A stretch of DNA of 64,000 nt, from assembly GCA_965153285.1 (NCBI GenBank), contig OZ229119.1. The stretch is one strand, 5' to 3'. Made by a program: the position numbers and the translations under genes. The notes beneath the pieces were generated by a model that ran no database searches, had not been told where the DNA came from, and worked only from the letters and a program-made list of their open reading frames with translations. The stretch comes from Podarcis tiliguerta. Lineage: Eukaryota. Shown piece after piece: positions 34,201-46,200 of this stretch. Each line of letters opens with the position of its first letter. Within the stretch, counting starts at the first letter, position 1.

Positions 34201-37200
34201 TGTGCAGACAGGTCTGTACCCTGAGTTCCTAGACCCTGCTTGCATAATAGCTCATTTTTTATTGTGAAAGGTATCTTAATCCATAGTTTCAAAGTTATGG
34301 GGTTCCTTTCACACCCTGTTTATTTAGGGAAATGGAATAACTGTCATTGGACTAAACAACCCTTGGGGTTACTTCCAACTCCACAGCTATGTAATTCTAT
34401 GGATGAAGCATGTAAAGTGAGTATGTTGAGGAGGGAGGAAATAGTTTCTGATGGGGAAGGTCGTTTCGTAAAGCCGTAACTCTACAGAACCACCACCTGG
34501 CTCATGAGTGGCCTCCATGGAATACCCCTTTCTGAATACCCCTTTCTGAACTTCAGAATACTCCTTTCTGAACAGCTGCAGCCCAAGGCTTTAATTAGGT
34601 TGGCTGGTGTAGGGTAAAGACTCCATGGAGCCACAATTTGATTTGCATGCAGTTTACATTGACTGTTTTGGGGAGCTAAGAACACCCCTTTGTGGCATGA
34701 GAGCCCCAAGTCTTTGTTTTATGAGTGTTCCCTATTCTCCACTTCATCAGCATTTATAGTCAAAATAATGCAATTACTCATCATTAATAGAAACACTGCT
34801 TTCCGATAGCAGTGGGATCCCCCTAGTAACATTCAAAATTAGCTCTCAAGGGTCAGTTCCGGGGATTGGAAAGCACTTGCTGGATGCAGGCTGCAGCTGG
34901 ATTTCATCTAACCTTCTGGATCTCCTTCTTTGGGCTGGCCCAAAACATTTTGCTGCTTAACATGAAGGACAAGACGGCACCTCCACTATTCCATGGAAAA
35001 AAGCCAACCCAACTGGCTGAATCTTACTTCAGCACTGGCATTATGAAAAGTGAACCTGAGGACAGTTGGCTTCCTTCAGGCCACAGAGCAGGCTGTATGG
35101 CATAGAGAGCTATGTTCTCCAGCACCTCACAGCTGCCTCCTTTTCCTCAGTATCTGCTGCCTGAGGCAGCCACCTCTGCCAAGTGGTAGGGGCAGTCCTG
35201 CCTTCCATCCCTCCATTATTTAGCAGAGAACATCTGAGAAGGGAACAGACTTTAATGTTGTGCAAACTGTTGCACCTCCTTCCTCTACAAGAAGAGAGGG
35301 GAAATGTAAGCAGAGAGGTAGACGTTTATTTGCAAATACACAAAACATCATGTGTGGTTTTTGCAACTGCAAACATGCAGTTTATGGGATGCAGTTAAAT
35401 TTTAAAGCTTGAGGCTTTGAAAGCAGGACTTTGCATTTCAACTGTACATTGAAGTTGTTTACATTCTCCTGGGATTACTGAGTAGTTCTTGTTTTTTCTG
35501 TCACAACAGATAAAAGTGTGTTGGAAAGCTTTTAAAAGCCTGTGGAGAAACTAGGTGAAATTCGAGTGGAATTACTTTGAATTAAATATTTGCTTCTGTT
35601 TCCATTGGATATAGCTTTGTGCATCTGTTAAGGGTCTGTATGTGGGTCTGGCCCCACTTACTATTAGCCCTCTGCCCAAAAATATTTCCACGCCCATAAT
35701 AATAATAATTATATTATTATTAGCCCTCTGCCCAAAAATATTTCCACGCCCATGCCCTTGGTGTGTGGACTCTGCCCCCCACCCCTGCAAACTGAACTGT
35801 CTGCTGCTCATGCAGCAAGGTAGCTTTTCCTCTTGTTGTTGACTGACTTGTCTTTACTGATTAAATTGGCAAATGATCAATTATCCAGGCACATAGATTC
35901 AGTCTTTGCACTCAGAATGTCAGTTTGATTTCATTAATGAACAGTGCACTGATATGCTAAATGGTCTGGCTATATTAGAAGATTCAATTACCAGGGGTCC
36001 ACAAGTTTTAGTTTTCTTAAAAGGTAAAGGGACCCCTGACCGTTAGGTCCAGTCACGGACGACTCTCGGCTTGCTGCGCTCATCTCGCTTTACTGGCCGA
36101 GGGAGCCCGCGTACAGCTTCTGGGTCATGTGGCCAGCATGACTAAGCCGCTTCTGGCGAACCAGAGCAGCACATGGAAATGCCATTTACTTTTCTTAAGA
36201 GGTAGCTATTACCAGCCTTTTCCTAAGTCTTTTGCATGTGACAGGCCTTGTTCTGCTTCTACCTTCTGTAAATTCCCAATGTGAAATGAAACAAGAGAAG
36301 GTCCCTTTCTTTGAGTTCTCTGACACAGAGGGATAAATAGGTACTGTACTTGTTTCACTCTTAGGAGCCTTTGCCGTAAGCCAGAAATGACATAATTCCT
36401 TTTTGTTTCTTCTCCGTGCCCCAGTGTTCATTGGAGGCATTGTGAGTTCTTGGCAACTTATAGAGAGCTCATGAAAAAGATCAGTAATACCATACAAGTT
36501 CCCCTGAATGTCAGCTAGCCTGAAAGTAACCGTCTTCCTCTGGTTTATATTGGCCAGTTGAAAGCAACTGAAAACAAGAATGGAAAATTGTTTCCTGCAG
36601 AATACCAACAAGGTGTTTGTTACATACTTTAGTTATGCAGTCTGCCACTAGTACCTTCTAGCAGAATGCAATGGACACCCTCTGGTTCCATTAGGAGTAG
36701 GGCAACTCAGTTGTTCTTGAATCTTGGATGATTTGTGCCCTGAATAATATTGAGAGGCATCACCTGCAAATCTTTTGCAGATTTTATTTCTCTGTTGTCT
36801 AAAACACTGCGCACACGAGTATTGCTCAGATCTGTGCTGTGGGGTACTGTAGAACTGTAAAGAAGTACAGTAATAAACTTCTTAGGTAACCTTATACAGC
36901 TGAAGTGGACTCTAGCCAAGAAAACATATGGTAAATTGCTGTTCTAGTTAGGAGACCTAACAAAGAAATAGATAATGGCCAATCCTGCCCTGTGTTAATG
37001 TCTCTGTCAGAAGTACAGTCATACCTCGGGTTACAGACACTTCAGGTTGCGTTTTTTCAGGTTACGGACGTGCCGAAACCCGGAAGTACTGGAATGGGAT
37101 ACTTCCGGGTTTCGGCGGTCATGCATGTGCAGACGCACTAAATTGCAACCCGCGCATGTGCATACGCAGCGCTGCGGGTTGCAAACGTGCCTCCCGCATG

Positions 37201-40200
37201 GATCATGTTCGCAACCCGGGCATCCAGTGTATATTGTTACAAGGGTTGTGCGCTACACACAATCTCTGCTGAGCAGTAGCAACATTCCAAAACATTACAC
37301 CCAAATAATGTCCCTCTTTGGTCCTCTCATAACTTCATTGAGCTTGGATCCAAAGCAGCAGTCAGTCATGGCCCCCAGCCTCTCAATGCAGCCTCCTCAG
37401 CCAGCATTGCATGGCATCTGCCCTTCAGCCCCACACATGGAGCCTTCCCCACTTCCTGCTTCTCCTTCCTAGAAAACCCTTTGCCAAGCATCTCTTCCCC
37501 TTCTGACTACTCACCCGTCTTCTCCTTGGTATTCCAAGCCTAGTTTTAAGAGGTGATAATTTTCCTGTAACCTACGGCATTGCTCAGCATAACCTTGGCA
37601 ACCTCCATTGGCACAGACTCAAGGATTTCCATGTGATGAGCCACCAACACCTTTCATCAAGCTTAACGGCTTCTATCCCAGGTGAGGCCCTGGCCTAGAA
37701 AGGAAGCTTAGCCTGTATTATTCCAATGGCCTGGCATCTTCCCTTCAATAGTCCAAAAGTCGTCTACATCCTACCCTTTCATTAATGTATAACATTCACC
37801 AACTCTAGCAGTTATAGGTGCCCTCTGTTACCACAGATCTGTAACAGTATTATAGTAGAGGGTGAAAAGTAGGGCATTTAGCCATAGACGTTAGATTCAG
37901 GAATTTTATAACATTATAAAATTATAAAAGGTGTTAAAATAAGAAAATATCTCTTTATACAAGCATACATTTTTCAAGTGAATTTTTCCCATCTTTGTAA
38001 CAGAATAGTTCAATAGACCACTACATTTGTTTTCCTCACAGTTCTCATTTATTCTTTTATCAGTATTTAGTCTTTCACACTTCAAGCTAGCAGTTGAAAC
38101 ATTAGAAGTTGAAGTGTTCAGACTTCAGCAGTGGCTGGAAAGCTTGGAGATTAAAGGAGGGGGGGAAATACAAATCCACCTCAGCCTTGCATGCCCTTTC
38201 TGTCCCTTTTGGTTTTAGTCTGGAATCCCAGCTACCTTATATTTAGAAAAGATAAGATAATTTGTTCCACCCCCAAACACTCCTTCAGAGTTCCCCCATC
38301 AGTATCTTTAGAACTTGATCTCATCACCTGCCATGAGGCTCATTCACTTGAGCCAGAGAAGACAAACGGGATGCTGACCAGAACAAGGGAGGACAGAATC
38401 TGTGGCATCCTTGGTAGCTCTTGTGGGCTACATTTTCTTGTTTCTAAAGTGTAAAAACCTACTACAACAGCAGGCTAACATGGTTGTCATTTAGCAAATT
38501 ACTTCTGTTTCCTTAATTCATTTAATATTTGTTTGTTATTCTTACTATTTCTAAGCACCATTCTTATTTTTCTGTGTAATTGTGGACCAGGTGGTCAATA
38601 CTGGACTAGAAATACTACCGATTTATCGATTTATTTGTGTTCTTTTTGATGCAAGGACCAAGTTGTTATCTCTCCCCCCACCCCACCTCAATGGTGCTGT
38701 CCTCCTTCAATCTCTTGAAAGGAATAGCCTACGATTTTTTAAAGTAATAATGCAAGTAAAAGGGATTTGTTAGATACGAAGTCTTTCAATCTTTTATGAC
38801 TCTGATTAGTTTTCAGATCATGAACATCTGATTACACTTAATTTAATATGTAAGGCTCCCCCCCCCGGCTTATCAGTGGTGATTTGACAAGTTCCATGCT
38901 GTGTCTTCATCTGGCATCTGTACCAGCAGACGGTCTTGTCAACATAATGCTACAAAGTGTCCATATGTTAGCATATTGGTAATCTCCTCAGGTGTACTCA
39001 GTCATAGATTTCCCTCCTCAGATACTGCTGATTAGCATTTTGTCAAAGTTCCATGTTTGTCATTGAACTGTTGTTTGCCATCACTTTCCTTTATAGAGAC
39101 TAGCCTGGATAAAAATAGATTTAAAAATATGATTTTTAACATTTTGTTTTGGATTTTTAAAACATCAATTATATTATCTTTCAAACTAGCCTTCATTTTA
39201 CAATGAAATATAAATGTACTACAATATAAATGTTTTAAAGTCTTCTCTCAGTCCCTTAAAACTGAATTGATGACATCTTATCAAACAAAGTTAAAGCATG
39301 TTTTCCAGGCAAGTAAATGAACCAGAAGTAAATATTTGGTGACTTTTGACATCAGGCATTCTTAATATGACAAGAGATCATAAGTTGTACAAAGGCATGG
39401 TCAGAACTTGTGGACATTTACTGGTGCTAAATGTTGGGGGAGATTCAGGATAGATAAAAGAAAGTACTTCTTCATACAGTGCATAGTTAGACTATGGAAT
39501 TGGCTCCTATAGAAGGAAGCAATAGCCACCAACCTGGATGGCTTTAAAAGAGGATTAGACAAATTCATGAAGAACAGCCATGGTGGCTATGCTCTGCCTT
39601 GACAGCCGGAGGCAGTAATGCTTCTGAATACCAGTTGCTGGGAATTGCAGATGGGCAGAGTGCTGTTGTGCTCATCTCCAGCTTGCAGGCTTCCTACAGG
39701 TCTCTGGTGAGACTAGGATGCTGGACCAGTTGCACCTTTGGCTTGATCCAGCAGGGTCCTGCATTCTTAGAAAATGAAGGCAACCCTGTTTAGGGAAGCT
39801 TTTAATGTTTGATGTATTAGAGTATTTTAATATTTTTTTGGGAAGCCGCCCAGATGGGCGAGGTATAAATAATAAATTATTATTATTATTATTATTATTA
39901 TTTATTATAAAAGTTTCACAAATACATTGGGCTCAAAGAATCATAACTTCTAGAGCCAGTCCACTTGATGCAATCATTTAAGCAGCAATTATTTTAAGCA
40001 CATTTGGTGGAATTGGCCCCAAATAAAGTTGATAAATCAGATTATCACTCTGTCAACATTTTGAACCTCATGAACTATACATCCTTCTCAAATTGTAAGG
40101 AATATAATACCAGAAATACATTATTTTGTAAGCAATTTCTGCTGCTTTAACATTAGTTATCCACAGCACCAACACACATGTTGGACCATTGCCTACTAGA

Positions 40201-43200
40201 TACGTTTAAAACAATTTCTGTTCCTTTCATTTCGTATGAATGCCCTATGAAAGGATACACGTTTGTACATTTTTATTTATCTCTTTGGGAAGACAATTCC
40301 AACCATTTTTCTAATAGTTATTGGGGAAATTTTTGTACTTACCTGATTTTTGCAATATAGTTCTCAGCTAAAAAATACAAAAATGTCTTTTTAAAATCCA
40401 CATATTATAGAGTTAAACATGTTCATAAATGGTATTAATATTTATTAAATTTATTACCCACCCTTCACCAGCAGGTCCCCAAGCAGGTTACATCAATTTA
40501 AAATTCAGAATTAAAAACAATTAAAACAAATTATTCACAGGAATAGGGTTATGCAAATATGGGGGACCTGCTTCCTGCCTTGCAGGCCTTTTCCACCTGA
40601 CCTAGGAGGACAGGGCCCTGACTGACTGCAGCTGCAAAAGCTGAGGCAGCCAGTGACTATCTTGGCTGTGAGAACCTGCTTTAACTTATGGGTTTTTCAA
40701 TACAGGGACTTTGTTGTTTTTAAACTGAAAGGTGTGGGATGTGCCCCATCACGGTGGTTCAAGGTAGGGTTGTGCCTCTGAAGACAGTTTGGAAACTTCA
40801 GCTGGTGCAAATTTGTTGGCTGGGCTTCTCACTGGGGCATTTGTAGTTTTATATTGCGAACCACCCTGTAATCTTCACATGAAGGGCAGTATACAAATTT
40901 AGTAAATAAAATAAAAATAAATAGAACAAGTTGCCTTTGCTTCCTCTTTCCTGCATCCTGTAGTTACACTCTGTGGGATGTACAGTGATTGTATTTTCTA
41001 TTCATGCACTGACGTGTATGCCCTTAAACCAAATTGAGTCATTTTCCTGAGCCTTACAGAATTGACAAATGTACTAGTAGCAGGCTACTTATATGCAGAA
41101 TTTTTAATCCCTTTCCTTTTCTGCTGCCTTTGAGATAATACAGCACAAGAACTTCTTTAAATGTAAGTTGATTTGTGGGATTGCCAGATAGATTAAATCC
41201 TATTAAAATCATAGCTTTGCTTCTAAATGAAGCTTTCAAACACTACAGAAATAGCTCTTGTATTTCCATACAAATAACAGGTCTGATGTCCCAGAGCAAT
41301 TATAAAGTTAGAATGGCAATATGTGTGGGAGTTGGCACATTCTACATCAGCAAGGTCCTGTTGGACACCTGACATTAGCTCATTTGCTAGCTTTTCTGAG
41401 TGGGTGGAAACAGATTGTCAGCAGGGAATCCCTTTGGACAGACAGGTCTTTGCTTCCAATGTGCATTAAGCAGATTCTAATTTTTGAGAATGCAAACTGT
41501 TTTTAAGAGCAGATTAGCTAGATATTTTTAAAAGAAACTGAAGACTTTTTAGTGTTTCTACTTCATTGTAGTATGCTTTAGGCATCACCCTTCCTCTTCT
41601 ACCCCAAATGCTATTTAAAAAGAACAAAATGGCTGTTCCTGCTTAACCAGCTTTACAGGTACACTTTTGACATGTTGGCTTCCATACAAGCCCATTTTTT
41701 CAGTCATGAGTATTCATTGCTGCTCTGCTGCTTGTTTTCTACCTATACCAATGGGTTAAATTTGGTGGAATGTGTCCATTTTCATGCATTTTGTTTTCTG
41801 AGAAAATAATATGGATGTCTTGCACAAGGGTGTGATTTACTTGAAAGGCTGCAATCCTAAGCCTTATTAAATTCAATAGGACTTTCTTCTGAGTAGATAT
41901 TTTTAGGATTGCAGTGTAAGGCTTGCACAAGGGCTCCTGCTTACTTTTTTTTTTTTAATTAAAAGCCCAATATGTGTCAAGGCTGGAGTCAGATTCAGGT
42001 CAGAATGAAGAGGCAGAGGCGGAGGCAGTTGTCAGTTAGCTGTTTATTCAAGGAAATAGTATGCAACTCAGAACACTTCCCAGTAGCTCTTGCCACCATA
42101 GAGCAGTTGCCAGGACTGAGGGTTTTCCCTCCCTCTGCACTGTTCTACGTCTCCACCCCTAGATGTTGCACAAGTCGTCTCAAACTATACCTACGCATCT
42201 CTGGTCACTGTTCTGTTCTCATTATCCTGTGCATTCTTGGAGATCGGAGGGGAGGGGAGCTTGTCACAGTAGGAGAGGGAGACTCCCAGGATTCTTCAGC
42301 AAGCTCTGCCGGATCTCTTTGCTCACTAAACCCTGCTGCCCCTTCAGCATCTGACACCTCCCCACAATCTTCTCCCTCTGACTTCTCTGTGTTCCACCAC
42401 CTATCTTCTGGCTCTGAGCTGTCCTCTTCTGGGGTTTCCCTTTGGGGTTCCCCAGGTGGTACCTACCACCACTCTTCTTCATTCAGCCAGACCCTGACAA
42501 TTTGTGTACTGTGATGAGGTAGGGAGAGTGGATGGTTGGGTACAGCTGCCTGAAGGCATCATAGGCAGATTGAACAGCAGTGTCCAACTCTTGCTTCACC
42601 ATTTCTCCTGCTCTGGAGCAAAGAAGGTCTACAAGGAGAACTATTTTTTGGTGTGTTGGCCCTGTGGTCTTACCTTCTCCTTCCCAATCCCCAATAGACT
42701 TCTCTATTCTACAAGCTACAGAGTAGATTAGTGTAATTTCCCCCAATGCATTGCTCAGGTTGCTGAAGATTTAGAAAGGTGCTTTCATACAAAAAACATG
42801 GGATTAAACGTTGTTTTTTTCTTTGTTTTATTAGCCTGTCTTTTCATCATATTTCAGTGTTTGGGGAATCAATATGTTTGCTATGCAAAAGAGTTGGGCC
42901 CCTCATGTTGTTAATTTCTTTACAGTTCCATTTTTAACATAGTGAATTCATGGATTTGGGTTTCTTATTTCCAGCATATGCAGATGACAATCCAAGCTCT
43001 TCAGGATGAGCTTAGGATCCAGAGGGACCTGAACCAGCTTTTCCAGCAAGACAGCAGCAGTCGATCCAGTGAGCACTTTGTGACAGAGCTTACAGAGGAG
43101 AACTTCCAGCGGCTTCATGCAGAACATGAGCGCCAGGCCAAGGAACTTTTCTTGCTCCGCAAAACCTTGGAAGAAATGGAGCTGCGCATTGAGACGCAAA

Positions 43201-46200
43201 AGCAGACCTTAAATGCTCGTGATGAGTCCATCAAAAAGTTGTTGGAAATGTTGCAGAGCAAGGGGCTGTCAGCAAAAGCAACAGAGGAGGATCATGAGCG
43301 GACTAGACGGTTGGCCGAGGCAGAAATGCATGTGCACCACTTGGAAACCTTGTTGGAGCAGAAGGAAAAGGAGAACAATTTGCTAAGGGAGGTGAGTTGG
43401 GATTCACCCATAGAGACTCTGTTCCTAACCTTATTACTTGCAGTTCAGACTTCTCTCTTGTCAACCCTTGTTTACTTGCAATAATTAGCTCTTAATAGTT
43501 TTGATTTTAATTAATTTCTATTACATTAATTTTTATTTTTTAGAAAAATATTTTTATTAAAGATTTTATTTGGTTACAAAAGTACAAATATAGTATCTTT
43601 TTCCAGATCATAAAGTCCTTCCTGCTAATTAGTTCTATTCGATGTGAGATGTTGATGTATACAGTATAAGGTTGCAGGGAAGGAGAGATGGGAAGGGCCT
43701 ATTTAATTAAAAAGGATACAAAAGGAAGAACAACAGACAATTTAAAATATTATGAAAATACACGGTAACATAAAAAATATTGCATTAATGCAAGGTTACT
43801 AATATATATATCAATTTCAGTTCATTTTCCTTCTGACACACCCTCCCTCTCAGCCTCCTGGTTCTCACCTGAGGGTCCAAACTCTCAGCTCACCCACAAA
43901 AGTCTCACAACTAGAAGAGTTACTGGAAACAGCGGGCATCACCTAGTCTCTTACTCTAGACTTGCTTTTTCTGGGCAGTCCAAGGTGGATGCTAATTCCT
44001 CAGGCTGCTCACAGCTATGTCCCATTCATGTGCACTCTCTACACCCAATTCCAGGTGTAGCAGATTTATTGAGTGTCCCCGGGGTTCCAGTGGGTGGGAA
44101 AAGAGCCCCCCTCCACTCACAACCCTTTCTTCACCCTATTTTCTATCCTACCTCTCCAGGTGCTTTACTTCTCCATGGCAGGGCTTGCTAGTTCACTTTC
44201 CATCCTTGGCATAAGCTGTGTCATTAAAAAGTATAATGGTTTTGGATGTTCCTTATGCCCCTCTGTTAAAGCATATAGTACAATTGATGGTGCTGTATAA
44301 AATGTATAGAAACTGGCAATTACTTAATTGCAGATTTGCTTTCTGTGTATGTTAGGGGTGGCTGAGCTGTGACCCTCCAGAAGTTTTTGGATTCCCATTT
44401 CCCATCAGCCCCAGTCAATATGGCCAGTGGTTGGGAATGATAGGAGTTGTAGTCTAGCTACACATAATTCCATTTGTACCAAAGAGTACTCAGTACAAGA
44501 TCCAGTATATTCTTCATGTGTGGAGGTATGTGTGCAAACGACTTGGGTATTTCTGGCAGTAATATAAAAATAGTAAAGCTCCTTCCACAACAGCTAGAAA
44601 GCTAACATTTGAAATGTTGGGCTTTGGAGATCCACACACTTTTAGAACTGGACTTCTGGAGATCAGAGATACATGGTTGGAACCTGGCCTTCATGTACCT
44701 TACAATCCTCTGATGGGGGAAGGAGAACCACCAGTGGCAGCCAGGAACTTGTGCTTGCAGAATGGCAAGCTGTATTTATTCTCTCTGTGTGTGTAAATAC
44801 TACTTGTGCAACCATCTGAGGATGCTGCTATATATTAGTCCTGTGTGTTTGTGTGTAGTTTCATTAGAAAGCTGTAAATGAGCATCTACCTGTGTATAGA
44901 AGAATAAGGAGAAATCTTGGCAGCAGTAATGGATGGTTGCTCTGCCATTTCCATGGAAACAGCCACTTTGCTATGAAGGTTATTTGAAGAAATCATTTGC
45001 TGCCTTGGTTGCATAGTCCAAAACACACTATTTAAAGTGAAGAAGTATTGCACTTTATAGTATTGTATTCTTTATAATTTTTTGATGTAAATAATTCATA
45101 AAGTAATAGCTAAATGTAGCTGAATAACTTTGGGTGATAAGCACTCCTGCTAAACAAAGAAGCGTAATATCGACTAGACAGTCACTGCCAGAAAGTAAGG
45201 TAGAAAGTGATGTGTGTGGTCTGATGAAGGAATAAAGGACTAGGTTGATACACTAGTGTTCACACGTTCAGATTCAACTGAAAATTGAGCACAATAGAAA
45301 GTTTTTTTCATCCTAATATTTGTTAAACATAACTGTTGTTGTGTCCTATGATGCTCAGAGCTCCGCTACATGCGTGCAAATTTTAGGTAGCTTGGTGAAG
45401 GAAATTTCAAGTAGGGCCTTTTGAGCAGCTATTGAAGGGTAGGTGGTAGGGACAGTATATGAAGAAGGGCACGTCATATTATCAGAATGCCAGCACCTTG
45501 AATTAGACCCAGTAAACAGGTGGTCAGTACAACTGTCACAAAACCAAGCGGATGTTTCCTTGTTGCCTTGTGTATCTGAACAGCTGAGCTTCCATGACAG
45601 AAGTTCTGAACACTTTTCAAGGGCAGCACAGGCATTAATTGAATCTGCGGAAAACAATTATCAGTATATTAATGACACCACATTACTAACAATTTTGGAA
45701 GCTCCAAATAAATATTGAACTTATTTTAGTAAGTTTTCTCTTCCAGTTAACTCTTCTTTTTTTGGGGGGGGGGGGTGAGGGGAAGATACTTTGGTACAAT
45801 CATCATTAAGTCCAAAGAGCATCAGGTTTGTCTTTCCTGCACACGTATTCAGTGTCCTGAAGATGGTGGTGTATTTTCTACAGCCTCCCACCTTGTTGCT
45901 GTTGTTATAGAGGAATAATGTTTGACCTTGCTTAAGGCAAATGCAGGTCTAGTGGGAAACTATCCTGTAGAATATGATTAGAAATGCCCTCCAAATATTT
46001 TAATGATTACTTTTATAATAATGATCTATTTAATTTTACTGGCTCTTCTTTGTTGCTTGAAATTATTTTAGAAGCTGTTCTTCTCAGGACAATTAATTAT
46101 ACTTTTAATTAGAGCTTTAATTATGGCTTAGCTCCTTCAGTGTGAAGTCTTTTATCAAATTACAGGATTTTAATCTAGATTTTCTTTGTTCTGCAGTGCA

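Noticed and set aside
34520-34573. 14-bp tandem repeat GAATACCCCTTTCT
   Set aside because: Ordinary slippage duplication with no sign of function
35662-35753. 36-bp repeat-spacer-repeat resembling a CRISPR unit
   Set aside because: Only two copies, a microsatellite spacer, eukaryotic intron context and no cas genes
41972-42514. 180-aa ORF as a nested gene
   Set aside because: Coincides with a solo-LTR-like element; Ser-rich because of pyrimidine skew
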